64,000 nt of DNA from Lobosporangium transversale (taxonomy: Eukaryota), in the NCBI RefSeq assembly GCF_002105155.1, contig NW_019029013.1:186001-250000 (forward strand). The letters run 5' to 3'. Both the position numbers and the translations under genes were made by a program. This document shows positions 15,647-28,169 of this stretch, in pieces; within the stretch, counting starts at the first letter, position 1, and each line of letters opens with the position of its first letter. Below the pieces are notes generated by a model. It had not been told where the DNA came from. It saw only the letters and a list, made by a program, of their open reading frames with translations, and did not search any database.

Positions 15647-16077
15647 GATGACTGTATGTGCTGTATGTTATATATAAGGTGTTTTTGAAATGAAATGTGT
15701 GTAAGAAAGGAAGGAAAGCATTGTTCAACAAGCTTTTTTATACCTGAATTTAATTTTCTTTTTTTTTGGTGGCTGTCGTGCACGGTTGCTCGGTATGACA
15801 AAATAATGCAAGGTCAATTGGTCCTAAGGCATTTTTTTTTTTTTTTTTTTTGGTGCCACCAAAACTAAAAAATCACTACGCCCCACGTTTTCAAAAGCGC
15901 AGTTTCTGCTCCCGTCAAACGAAAATGTCTCATTCTTTATTAAACTTTTCATTTTCTCCATTCTCTCATTCTCTCTCATTCTCTCATTCATTCATTGTTG
16001 CTTAACAACATCACTGTCCTTTCTCTCCCTCTCTCAAGCAACTCACCCCCTGTACAATACTCACAAATTTACCAGCT

Positions 16078-16542
16078 ATGCCTGCTGAACGAACTATGAA
16101 GCGTACAGCCTCTACTGCTGCCGCTGCTAATGTCAAAGAAAAGAAACCGGAAGGAGCTAGTACCAATATGAAGAAGGCGCCTAGGCCTGCGGTCATGGAC
16201 GATGATGTTTGCAGTATGCATTCCCTCTCTTCTCATTGCTACTTTTCTTGTCCTTAAAGCGTTTGAAATCTCCAAGTTTGCATATTGTATATTAATGATA
16301 ATATTCTTTACATGTCAAATGAAATCTCCCCTCTCTTTTTTAATTTTTATTCCCTTTGCTGGAATAGCGGTGCATCTCTATCCAAACACTGCCAAAGAAC
16401 GTGAAAATGCAATCAACAAACATACTGGTCGAAAGATAACACCTTTTCAGTTCCAAGTATATGACCTTTGTGCCCAGGTAAAGTTATACACTTCCGATTA
16501 TGGACAATGGAAGATTTACATATCGGGATATCTGACCTTTTA

Positions 16543-16578
<36 letters not shown>

Positions 16579-16950
16579 TTACCCAATTTACAGATCCCTA
16601 AAGGTCAAATCTCGACTTACAAGCATATTTCAGATGCGCTGCAGTCGTCTTCACGAGCGGTAGGGCAGGCTCTCAAAGTGAATCCATTTGCTCCTCTTCC
16701 AATCCCATGTCATCGTGTCCTTGACTCCAAATTGTATATTGGTGGCTTCATGGGTCAATGGGGAGAAGGTGAAAAAATTGACAACAAAAGAGCAAAGCTG
16801 TTTCATGAGGGTATTGTCTTTGATGAGACTGATCATGTTGCTCAGGAGATCAGAGAAAAGGTTATTTTTACAGACTTTACAGTTCCAGAGAAAAGTACTA
16901 TAAATGTAACTGCAGCTGTAGCTGTGACTACCACTCCTATGTGTCTGTAG
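16078..16950 (+). CDS. O6-methylguanine-DNA methyltransferase (Ogt/MGMT C-terminal domain type)
   Basis: Three exons (16078-16213, 16368-16477, 16594-16950). ITPFQFQVYDLCAQIPKGQISTY...RAVGQAL..NP...IPCHRV has the catalytic PCHRV motif, followed by KL..EG. Confidence 0.9.
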
Positions 16951-17431
16951 TTTTTTTTTTTTTTTTTTTTTATTTTTTTTTTTTAACTGCTTTTGTCGTG
17001 CACTTGATCAATGTGCCTGAATACGCAGAAAGTATCAGTAACAGAATAAATCCTGAAGATATCCACAAAAATTCGAGCCTATATGAATGTCCTGCACGTA
17101 CTGTGCCGAGGCTAACAGAGCGAAAGGTAGAAACGATAAATACTTTTTCTCTATTATATATATCAATAAACTAAGGGTTGACACTGTTAGCAAGAAGGAC
17201 ACAGACATGGGAGGAATAAATTGGAATCAGACAAACTCGGGGATCAAACATGCTCGGGGCGCATACAAAGGGGGATGTGCTACATTATACATATAACAAT
17301 CAACAATTATTAGAGCTGTTGTTTACATCAGACCTGCGCTCCCTCTGAAGGCTTGCGTAAACCCTTTTATAAAAATTTTTCTTTGTCTTTCTTTTTCTTT
17401 CTTCCTTTCTTTCTCTTTTTCTTTCTCCATT

Positions 17432-17464
<33 letters not shown>

Positions 17465-17526
17465 TTTTCGAGTGAACAATAAACATTAGATATTTAAGCT
17501 TTTATCACACGACATCACAGTTAAAC

Positions 17527-17880
17527 ATGACCAAGATTAGAGGTCATAAAGATGATTTAATTATTATGGTTTCAGAACAACCTAGCACCAAGTTGGATCC
17601 CAGACTTGTGACATACCATCATGCTGTGGTGCAAATCAAAAAACGAGGACACATCGATATCATTTGCAAGCCCATGCACCCACCTAGCGTGAAAATCATA
17701 CTGAAACCTACAACTAATTCAGACAACACTGAGACTTCAGCCACCACCAGCCTATTTGATAATTATGGTAGCACTTGTATCTTGGACAGTACCAATAAAG
17801 CCTCGGCACGGCATAAATTCAGTGAAAGCTCACGCATTGATGGCATCGCATGTAATATATACTAATAACTGTGCTTAATA

Positions 17881-17919
<39 letters not shown>

Positions 17920-19760
17920 AATCATGTGTTTATTAATAATCTTCCCCTCACAAATATCTACTAGTGAGTGCCTCCACAAGGGTCATCCAAACGGATGGGC
18001 TGTACAAATTCAAGATCTTATTAAAGTCAATATCATCCAATGAAGAATGTAAGACTGGATCCCACTACTATACAACACCTGGCAGCGCATACCTTAGAGC
18101 TGACCTTAAGCCACGAACGGGCAATGATGCGACCTTATTTGCTACGGCGAGACAGCAGCAGGCACAGTTTGATACTTCATCTCGCCAAGAGGAAAAAACA
18201 GGGGATGAATTGGCGAGAAGCCTGATGGAGCCTGATATAACATCAGCAAAACCAGCCACGTCTGTAAAAGACATTTTGTCTTATTGGGCAGATGAAGAAT
18301 GCAGAGTGCCACCGATTACTTCCACTTTTGCTGATTCTCAGAGCCAGTCATTTAGGACGTCAGGCAACTTGGATACAAACTCAATCACCGCCCATAACTT
18401 GGCGTCCCACCTCCACGCTTACAACAGTACCAGTGCCTTTTTTGATGATCCACCTCCAACTTGGGGAAGTATAATCAGCCGCAGATCAACCACAGAGCCG
18501 CCATCAATACCAACATCGATAACCAGAAGTAGCCATAGCGTTTCTATGGATCAAAAATATGATGTTGATAGACCATCCTCAAGAATCACCAACCAGAATT
18601 CGCTTTACGCTAATAACAATACAGGCTCCAGTTCCTTCTCCGAGGACCCATTTTGGGAAAACGATAGCAGCTATAGATCAACTGCAGCACCAATATCAGT
18701 GTCAGCGTCAATCTCCACACCCAAAAGCAGTCACAGAACCGTTCCCATGGATCAACCACACGATGTTCATTTTTGTCATTATAATCCGGCTCTTGGTAGC
18801 TATAACATGGTCGGGGCGCATCGTACGTTGTTGAAAGATTATCCAGTCTTATCGCTTCATGTGGAAATAGTAGAGTCTGCTAGAGAAAAGATGACGCAAA
18901 TGATAAAGTCCAAAAAATGTGAGAAGGGAACGTCGTCTTCTGGCTTGAGAAGGGTACGGAGACTATCGACATCATCGTCGGCTTCTTCACACTTCTCCAC
19001 CACTAGTAGACCTTCGGTAGCATTGCAAGCGCCCGTCACCGTAGATATTTCGCATTTAAATTTCCCGGCATTTAAAGCCATGATAACGTATATCTACACA
19101 CACGACATCGAATCCATTTTAGCCGATGTCAATACCGTAGCCGCGACACCACCTCCACCCCCCACCCCACCCCTCCGCGGCCTTTCTGAAGAGAGAACAA
19201 AACCAGCAGGTTCGCCTGAGGCAGAGACCCTACAAATCGGCGAACTCTTACTGTTAGCTCATCAATTTGACATTCAGGAGTTAGTCAAGGACTGTGCGCG
19301 GCTAATCCAATCGTACCTTAGTGTCGAGAATGCGATCCCAACTTTGGTCCGCTTGGGAAGCGAGTATGAGGAGATCAAGAAGCCAGTTATGAGCTTTATA
19401 AAGAAAAATTTTGCAAAGATCTTTGGGCGTGAAGATGAAGTGGATCCATTCTTGCAGTTCCGACACGACGATGAATATCATGAGTGCAGTGTTAACCTGA
19501 TGGCAGAGATCCTAAGGATGATAGCAATGAATAGAGAGGAAATCGGGGATACCGCGAGTAGAAGGGAAACGAAAACTTTCCAAAGTGAACCAGTTGGACA
19601 TAGAAGCAGCAGTAGAGCAACAGCACCAGCGGTTGAGACTGAACCAATTGTTGATGCTGAACCAAGAGCAGGTGCTGAACCAGGGATTGATACTCAGCAA
19701 GTAGTCAGTACTGAATCTAGTAGCCAAGATGAGATAACATCGCCCTTCATCATTTATTAA
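17527..19760 (+). CDS. BTB/POZ domain protein with MATH-like N-domain and long Ser/Thr-rich inserts (paralog B)
   Basis: Exon 17527-17851, phase-1 intron, exon 17965-19760. BTB motifs: HDVHF, GAHRTLL, FKAMITYIYT, LLLLAHQFDIQELVKDC, LSVENA. Confidence 0.82.
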
Positions 19761-19820
19761 AAATTCCTGTCTCTTTTTTTTTATGCTACTCAAGAATATG
19801 CGTATGCACAAGCATATACT

Positions 19821-19857
<37 letters not shown>

Positions 19858-20065
19858 CGTATATGGCACTAAGGTCTTGTACAGACAGAAAGGATTTGGT
19901 ATATCCACATTTGCGTTAGATATCCTAGTGTATACCATCACCAGGAAAAAAAGTTAGGCACCGGCAATTAATTTAGTCCGCTTTACCAGCAAAGGCTTAA
20001 TGCTTCATGTTTTGCTATTTCAGTTAATCAGAAATAAGCCAGGGCCTTCTTTCCGTCCGAAAGCG

Positions 20066-20099
<34 letters not shown>

Positions 20100-20163
20100 A
20101 ATTCCAGAATAGAATCATATGGGTCTGCTATTGTGCCATCTACTGGGACAACACCAAGGATAC

Positions 20164-20265
<102 letters not shown>

Positions 20266-20755
20266 GGATTATAACAAGCGTAAAGGCTATAGTTGGAGTG
20301 CTACTCTGCTCTAACTGCCAAGACTTGGCAAGTCTTTTTAAGGCGGCCATTCAAAGCCGGAACTGATTCAGTTGCCCTGACAAATCCCCTTGGAACTTAA
20401 CAGCACTTTTAAAAAAGAGATGGTCAAATCGGAAAGTGTGCAATATCAGCCTGACATGGCCCAAAGCCTATGCTTCAATGGAACTACAGCATTTGTCCCA
20501 AATTCATGGCGTCCCGACCTAAAGGCAAGACTGGTGTCTGTTGGTCTGCATCATGAGTTGACTAGTAATGCGAAGTCCACCTAATATCACAAAGGAATTG
20601 AAAAAACAAAAAAAAATAAAATAAATAAATAAAAATAGAGATTTGTATGGAAGAATACCATATTCGATCATTTCAACCCTTCCAAGGCGTATCATGAGCA
20701 CAGGAATATCCGAGCACCCCTGTTTAGTTAGGATTTTATCTTTTTTAAAGCATCT

Positions 20756-20788
<33 letters not shown>

Positions 20789-21229
20789 ACTAGCACATCT
20801 TTTTTTGCAACAGTGGCGTGCTTTTGTCGTTGAAGCATGAAAGAGGGGGAAGCACTAACAAAGTGCCTGGGGTTGCGGGTAAAATGCGAATACCAATCAC
20901 TCAAAAAAATCGCAACAAACGGTTCATTAAACAGTATTTCATGGGATAACACTAAGAACCAAGTCTTTAAATGATATGAATGCATATTCTTAAGTGATGC
21001 CTATCTTGTTTGCGCATTCATTTAACGAAAGCGTACATACAATGATGCGGATGCTTCTAATATAAATAATAGAAATCGCGCGCGCACGGGATGACATATA
21101 GCAGCACTCAAATAAGAAGTCTCTAAACATTAATGTAATAGGTAATAAAAAAATAAAAAAATAAAAAAAAAAAGGTAATCGCCCCTCGATCGGCTGGCTT
21201 GTATTATGTTTATACCCCTTCTCCCCTTT

Positions 21230-21262
<33 letters not shown>

Positions 21263-22251
21263 CAGCTTGTAAGAATCAAGTGGATATGTTTGATAAATCT
21301 CCTATTGTATATAGAACTGTATAAAACATGATGGATTTTTATAGGTATTGCGCCAGAGCGGCAGGAAATGAGAGGGGTCTGAGTGATGTCTTCGGCGGGA
21401 AAACTAAAAGAGAGAAAGAGGAAGTGTGGAAAGAGTCTTTTTTGTAGGAGGTAGAGATGTTGAACATGAAGAACTAAAGGGTTGTTACGTTGCAAAAGCA
21501 GCACCATTTCATGACCCAATAACACTATTGACATATTATTTCCCGTGGATAGTAGATGTATATTTGTAGAACAGTAATATCCAAAGTCGATTGTCGGCAG
21601 GAGAGGGCTATTAGCAAATGGCGTGCTGGAGGGCCAAAATGTCACCTCTTCGCGTAACAGAATTTCGCCACATCCAATGCTGATTGGCCAAAGCTGTGCT
21701 CATAAAAAAAAAAGTTACAACGCGTCCCACGGAGATCCAAAGAGGGGTCCTTACGCATTAAGAAGTCAATATCCTAATGCTCCCTTTTCCTCTCTCCACA
21801 CGAGCATGTGGATACATCTCTAATCCTCATCACTTGCTTGCTATCCAATAGGAAATCGAATTTATGCAAACGTTTATTCAAAATGATCTACTTCATAATG
21901 AGATCCATGGTCCTCGGTGTTTCTATCGAGGCGATACAACTGCTCATTTATTTCTTTGAAAATAATTTCTCGTTTACAATCAATCTGCAGGTTGGACACA
22001 TTTGCCTATCAAAAATTCATTTCATCAAAAAAAAAAAAAAAAAAAAAAAAAAGGCGTGTGATTGCCCGTGTCACCCTGGACAGCCTCAATTCTTTAGCTC
22101 TCCAACTCTTTAATCTATTTCGTATTGAAAAGGCAACAAATAGAAAAAAGTTTATAATTGCTATACACCTTTGTGTTGTCTCATCAAATGAAGGGGAGAT
22201 TGTAATAGAAGAAGAAAGAAAGAAAAAAAAAAAAAAAAAAAAAAAGATATT

Positions 22252-22300
22252 GGCAAAGGCAAAGGTAAAGGCAAAGGTAAAGGCAAAGACAAAGGCAAGG
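22252..22300. repeat. (GGYAAA)n hexanucleotide repeat
   Basis: ggcaaa/ggtaaa units, about 8 copies. Confidence 0.85.
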
Positions 22301-23124
22301 CTGTGAATGCTTGGGCCATGATGTTCCTTCCATCTTTGGACTCTTTTTTTTTTTTTTTTTTTTTTTTTGGGAGCTTTAGTTTATGGACAATGACAACAAT
22401 ACACAATCGAACCATATCTTCACTATTATATTAACTTACTACAGGATCCTGAGATTATCATTTAATGAATAAGGGACACTTGTGTTTATGACTCGAATTG
22501 TATGGGATGGTTTCTGTTCCTGTTGAGGATACTTCTAATGGTGATAAAGTGGTCGTGATGAGAGTAAAAGCAAGTGTTGATATATTGTTGAGAAGAGAAC
22601 GGTCAATGCTGCAAGGACACATTTTGAATAAGATGGACATGTACTAACTGACTAAACAATTGTATTCAAAATAAAGTCTTTCTAGTGGATTGCGACATTA
22701 CCAAGGCAAGGTGATGCCATTCATTCCTTGTGTAGGTGTTGTGTTTGTAACATGATATGCATCTTGCTTGCCATAATTCTTATTCATGATTGAATGGTCC
22801 TAATTGTCCTGAGAGCTGAGGCATGTGCGGGAAGATGGCCTCTCAAACACCCTTGGAGACTGACTCCATCATCTCCCTCACACCCTACAAATATAATTCG
22901 TCTCTCACTTTTCCTTTTTCTTCCTTTCCTCTTATTTGATCTATTTTCTTCAACGCCCATTTCCATCACTCTCATCACAAATAACAGAAGCAACTACAAC
23001 TATACACCATCTCAATCTCATTTCAATAGTGCCGACATCGTTAACTCCTCTTCAAGCTCCCGTTCATCCTTGCCTGTATTCTATTCCAACTCGCACGGTC
23101 TTGCTTTGCCCTGACACTTCCTAG

Positions 23125-23178
23125 ACATTCACATTCACATTCACATTCACATTCACATTCACATTCACATTCACATTC
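23125..23178. repeat. (ACATTC)9 microsatellite in the MET30 5' leader region
   Basis: Nine perfect ACATTC units ending about 80 nt upstream of the ATG. Confidence 0.95.
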
Positions 23179-23259
23179 AGGCACATCCACTTCACCCTAG
23201 TAATCCAAAGCAGCTCATCCGCTACTCAATTCGATCGAACTGACAGCTTCCTTGTCATC

Positions 23260-23819
23260 ATGGCCTACGACTCGCCTTCGCCTCCAGACTCATCCGAGCT
23301 GTTGGCTCCATCGCTCTGTCTGAACCCTGATGCCTTGGAGGATTTAGCACCTGTCCAACCAACGAAGGAGAATCTACTTCCAGAATCATTTCCAACCCTC
23401 AATTGGTCTGAACAATCATCTGCTGACCACAAAGCTGCTAAAGCAGAAAAACGTCTGTGTTACCGCCACAGACCTGACTTGCGATCTAAGCGAGCGGCAG
23501 ACGAGATCCAACTTGATCAATTGCAACAGGTACAGACTTCACTAATTCAACAATAGAGACATGCAGACCCAGACATTCTTCCTAGTATAAACATAGTGCC
23601 TACCCAAACACACATACTACAAACCCAAACCCAAACCCAAACCCGTGCTATACCATCCAACATTCCAATCATTAGTGAAACTACTTCTCTCACTCCTACT
23701 ACTCGCACAATGATATGTTTTGTTCCGCAGGGTTCGCACACACTTTGATCCATGATGCTCTATTGTCAAACCATTAGTAGTAGCTCAACAAGTGCTGGAC
23801 GCAGTATTGTTGTTCCTTT

Positions 23820-23851
<32 letters not shown>

Positions 23852-25903
23852 GGTTGACTGACTAGACTACTGTCTTCCTCTACCCGTCTATCTCCGCACG
23901 ATCATCGATGTATCCTGTATCCGCAACAATGCTGCCATGTTTTCATCTACTCCCGAAACACCTGAATATTCATGATTAACGACTCTTTCCTACTTTTTAC
24001 TTGTTATCAACCATAGGATATCAAACGATTGCCTCAGCAGGATCAACAAATCATCTCTCATATCTGGTCTCTGTTTGGCTCTGCACCAGCACCCCATCGC
24101 CAGTTGGTTCTTAGTGGCCTACTGACTCAATGCTGCGTGCCCCAACTCTCGTTCCTCTCTAACCACCTCCAACCACTACTCCGAATTGACTTCCTTTCCA
24201 TCACTCCACCTGAAATAGCGTTTCGCATTCTTTCATATCTTGATGCAACATCGCTTTGCCATGCAGCACAGGTATGCAAAAGCTGGAAGCGTCTAGCAGA
24301 CGACGACGTGGTCTGGCATCGCATGTGTGAGCAACATATCGGACTCAAATGCACGAAATGTGGATGGGGTTTACCTTTGTTGGATAAAAAGAAGGCTAAA
24401 TCAAAACGATTGCTGGAGCAACAGCACCAACCCCCACAGCCCCCACCACAGCTACAACCCCAAAACAGCTCACAATCAGAAAGTGCGCTAGCAGCCGCTG
24501 ACGAGAGCGATCATGATGACCAAGAACATATAAACGGTCACCAAGGCAATAGTGATGTTATGCCATCTCATCCTTCTCCACCTAGTTCCACATCTTCTCT
24601 CTCTCCAACAGAAGCTTCCCCATCATCTGGCTGGCCCAACAAACGCTCCGTTTTATCCGATGAAAACGATATCGAGGCGGGATGTTCTCAGAAGCGTGCT
24701 CGGCATAATCTACATTCTCCTTCGCCTGGGAAATCTAGATCTAAAACTTCAACGCCATTGTTTCAATCTCCAGAACCGCCAGCGAAGACTGAGACGCCCA
24801 CAAAGAGGCCTTGGAAAGAGATTTATTCCGAACGTTTGATCGTTGAGAGAAACTGGCGGAAACGTAACTACCGACTTAAGGTTTTTAGAGGCCACACGGA
24901 TGGCGTGATGTGTTTACAGTTCGATGAGTCTTTTCTTATTACTGGATCTTACGACAATACTGTCAAGGTCTGGAATATCGAAACAGGTGAATGTCTTCGG
25001 ACCTTGAGAGGCCACGCCCTTTGCGTGCGTGCGCTCCACTTTGACGAGGCTAAGTTGATCACAGGCTCGATGGATAGGACGCTCAAGATTTGGAATTATC
25101 ATACAGGCCAGTGTATTCGCACCCTACAGGGACATACAGATGGTGTTGTCACCTTGGACTTTGATTCCCGCATTCTTGCCTCTGGATCTGTAGATGCGAC
25201 CATCAAGATTTGGAACTTTGCTACAGGCGAATGCTCAACTTTGAAGGGACACTGTGACCTAGTCAACAAGGTACAGATATACAAGAAAAAGCTACTTGTA
25301 TCAGCCAGTGATGATACGACGGTCAAATTGTGGGACATCGCCTCGAGGACATGTCTTAGAACGTTCACAGGACATGTGGGACGAGTTCAATGCTTGCAAA
25401 CATCTGGAGATGCCTTGATCTCAATCATTGTAGAGCGTATGCAGAACAGACCACAAGACGGTCCATCATCTTCACAAGGTCGAACTGGCGGAGTGCCAAC
25501 TACAGTATGCAGTATCAACCGTTCTGGGGTAGTTGAGAATAATTTGCCATCGCCGCTTCATGATCCCAGCTCTGACGTAGAAACTAGAACCATGATGCCA
25601 ATTATTGTCACTGGTGGCCTTGATAACACACTCAAAGTCTGGGATGTCGAATCGGGTGAATGTCTCAACACGCTATTTGGTCATGTAGAAGGTGTATGGT
25701 CCTTAGCATTTGATAAGCTACGGATTGTGTCAGGCAGCCTGGATAGGACGATCAAGGTGTGGGATACCGAGAGTGGTCGATGCCTCTATACTCTCACGGG
25801 TCATGAAGGTCCTGTTACTTGCATTGGTCTTGGTGACACTCGCATTGTGAGTGGCTCGGACGATGGAGTTGTCTTTGTCTGGGACTATGGGGTCCGTACA
25901 TAA
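23260..25903 (+). CDS. MET30: F-box/WD40 protein of the Met30/SconB/Scon-2 family (SCF sulfur-metabolism regulator)
   Basis: Exons 23260-23529 and 24017-25903. Family motif CYRHRPD, QCCVPQLS, F-box (IDFLSITPPEIAFRILSYLDATSLCHAAQV), MCEQHIGLKCTKCGWGLPLL, RPWKEIYSER, multiple GH...WD repeats. Confidence 0.95.
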
Positions 25904-26004
25904 AACGGATGTCATAGCTACTTCCATCTTTTGATTTTATTGTCTTTATACCTCTGTTGATAGCATTCTTCGCATTCTTGTAAAAAAACTCTTTGTATCA
26001 ATAC

Positions 26005-26013
26005 TCACGTGAC
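26005..26013. promoter_or_regulatory. CACGTG E-box (TCACGTGAC) upstream of PHB1
   Basis: Cbf1/USF-type bHLH consensus ~180 nt before the PHB1 ATG, with a second ACGTGAC half-match at ~26021. Function not shown. Confidence 0.4.
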
Positions 26014-26190
26014 TGAAGCGACGTGACTGCCGCCCAGCCCTCAAAACAATCGATCAAATAAATTTCCCTTTTGGCCTTCCACATATTGCTGACGGAGCTT
26101 TTTCATTGAAGTGTTGTTGCATCTTTGCCATATAGCACGTCTTTCTTTTCGTTTCACGACATCCCTTTTCTCTCTCTCATAACAGCAACC

Positions 26191-26899
26191 ATGTCTGGCA
26201 TCCTCACTACCATCTCAAAGATTGCTATTCCTGTTGGAGCTGCAGTCTCTTTCCTGCAGTACTCCATGTATGACGGTATGTATTCTTAGAATAGAATCTG
26301 ATCCGATTGGCAGCAAACGATTAGCTAAGACTTTTGGGGTCTGAAAGTCAAGGTCAAGAGAAAATCGGGATCCAGCCCCATAGCATTACAAAACCCGCGC
26401 TGAAATGTGACGACATGTATTCGATTTTGAGTTAGTCTTCTTCAGGACTGAATCGGCATGCCGACTTTATTTCCGTCTTTTTTTTTTTTTTTTTTTTAAA
26501 CTGATCAACTGCCTTCTTTCGGGGAACGATCAGTTTAGACGGCCATGTCAAGCCGTAAATTTTATTTATACTATATGTTTGTGGGAAACTTGAATCGGGA
26601 TCTATATTGGCATTGACCGTCCGGGAGACTAAAGATAAGCTTTCATTTTTTCGGGATACTCGGAAGTGGTCCCGTAGAAACGATAATCCACACAGTAGGC
26701 GATCTTGAAAAGATAGATCGCAACGCCAACTATTACCATCTCTACTACAAAAGAAAGAGAAAAAATATAGATCTGTATTCAGTCTTTCTCACGAAATTAC
26801 TTAACAGTGGAAACGGCAGGATTTACACTTTGCAATCAGATCAATAACCAACTTGAAGGGTCTATATATTTCCTAGTTGGTATTCATGTCTAATGCAAA

Positions 26900-26930
<31 letters not shown>

Positions 26931-27909
26931 TTATTTGCTTATAGTCCAAGGAGGCTACCGCGCCGTTATTTTCGACAGATTGGAGGGAGTGAAGCCTAGT
27001 CCAGTAGGTGAGGGTACTCATTTCTTGATCCCATGGTTGCAGCGCGCGATTCAGTTTGATGTGCGCACGAAGCCACGCAATATTTCCACCACTACGGGAT
27101 CCAAGGATATGCAGATGGTCACCTTGACCCTTCGTGTCCTTCACAGACCCGATGTCAAGAACTTGTCCCAGATCTATCAGGGACTTGGTTTGGATTACGA
27201 TGAACGTGTGCTTCCTTCGATCGGAAACGAAGTCCTCAAGTCTATTGTTGCTCAGTTCGATGCTGGCGAGCTTATCACACAACGTGAGCTTGTCTCTTCC
27301 AAAATCCGTGAGGATCTTGCGAAGCGTGCTAGAGAGTTCCATATCGAGCTTGAGGATGTGTCTATTGTAAGCTATTTGGTTTACTTGTTTATTTATTTAT
27401 TTTTTTGGCATTTCTTAATACTTTTATTTTATTTGCATTTTACGTTTCAACATGATGGGTTGATAGACTACAATGACCTTCGGTCGCGAATTCACTAACG
27501 CTGTCGAACAGAAGCAGATTGCTCAGCAGGAGGCAGAGCGCGCCAAGTTCATTGTCGAGAAGGCTGAGCAGGAGAAGAATGCCTCCATTATCAGAGCTGA
27601 GGGTGAAGCGTACGTCTTTAAATAATCAATTATTTATGTCTCTTTTTCTCCAGGCAAAACACCCTTCTTATTTTCTGCAGCTTGAGATTTGTGTGCTAAC
27701 ATTTTTTGCTCTATATATCACCTGTTTTCTTCTTTAGCCATGCTGCCGAGATTATTTCCGCATCTTTAGAGAAGGCTGGTGCTGGTTTAATTGAGCTTCG
27801 TCGCATTGAGGCATCTAAGGATATCGCCGGCACTTTGGCCCAAGCTAAGAATGTCACCTACCTTCCTAACCAAAAGGGCAACAACATGTTGCTGAATGTT
27901 CCAGTCTAA
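26191..27909 (+). CDS. PHB1: Prohibitin 1
   Basis: Exons 26191-26275, 26945-27366, 27467-27609, 27738-27909. Motifs [66 protein letters not shown]. Confidence 0.97.
26473..26542. other. Inverted repeat / RNA hairpin in PHB1 intron 1
   Basis: CCGTC-T20-AAACTGATC ... GATCAGTTTAGACGG forms a perfect 15-bp stem if all but one T of the run is looped out. Confidence 0.8.
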
Positions 27910-28169
27910 GTGGGTCTTTAGGAGCAAAACCAGAATAAGATAGATCGTTAGTAGTAAAACCGTAGGGGACGCATGCTAAATACAAGTGTACATTTGAATT
28001 ATTATTTTTTTTTTCCCCTTTATTTCAATACGAACCAATAACAAAGAAATATTTGTTGATCTGATCATTTCACAGCCATTTTTCATTTATGTTTGAAAGA
28101 GGCGTTGCAAGACGTTGCTGTTAGCATTGATTTTAATCCCTTTACTATGTATCGATATGAATAATATAT

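Noticed and set aside
22794..23114. 106-aa ORF upstream of MET30 as a uORF
   Set aside because: Its ATG probably lies upstream of the pyrimidine-rich leader, and its composition is typical of translated UTR sequence.
26390..26700. TPP riboswitch or hammerhead ribozyme in the PHB1 intron
   Set aside because: Only partial words (CTGAAA, CTGATC, GAAAC) are present. I could not assemble the required conserved cores and helices, so it is kept only as an unassigned structure.
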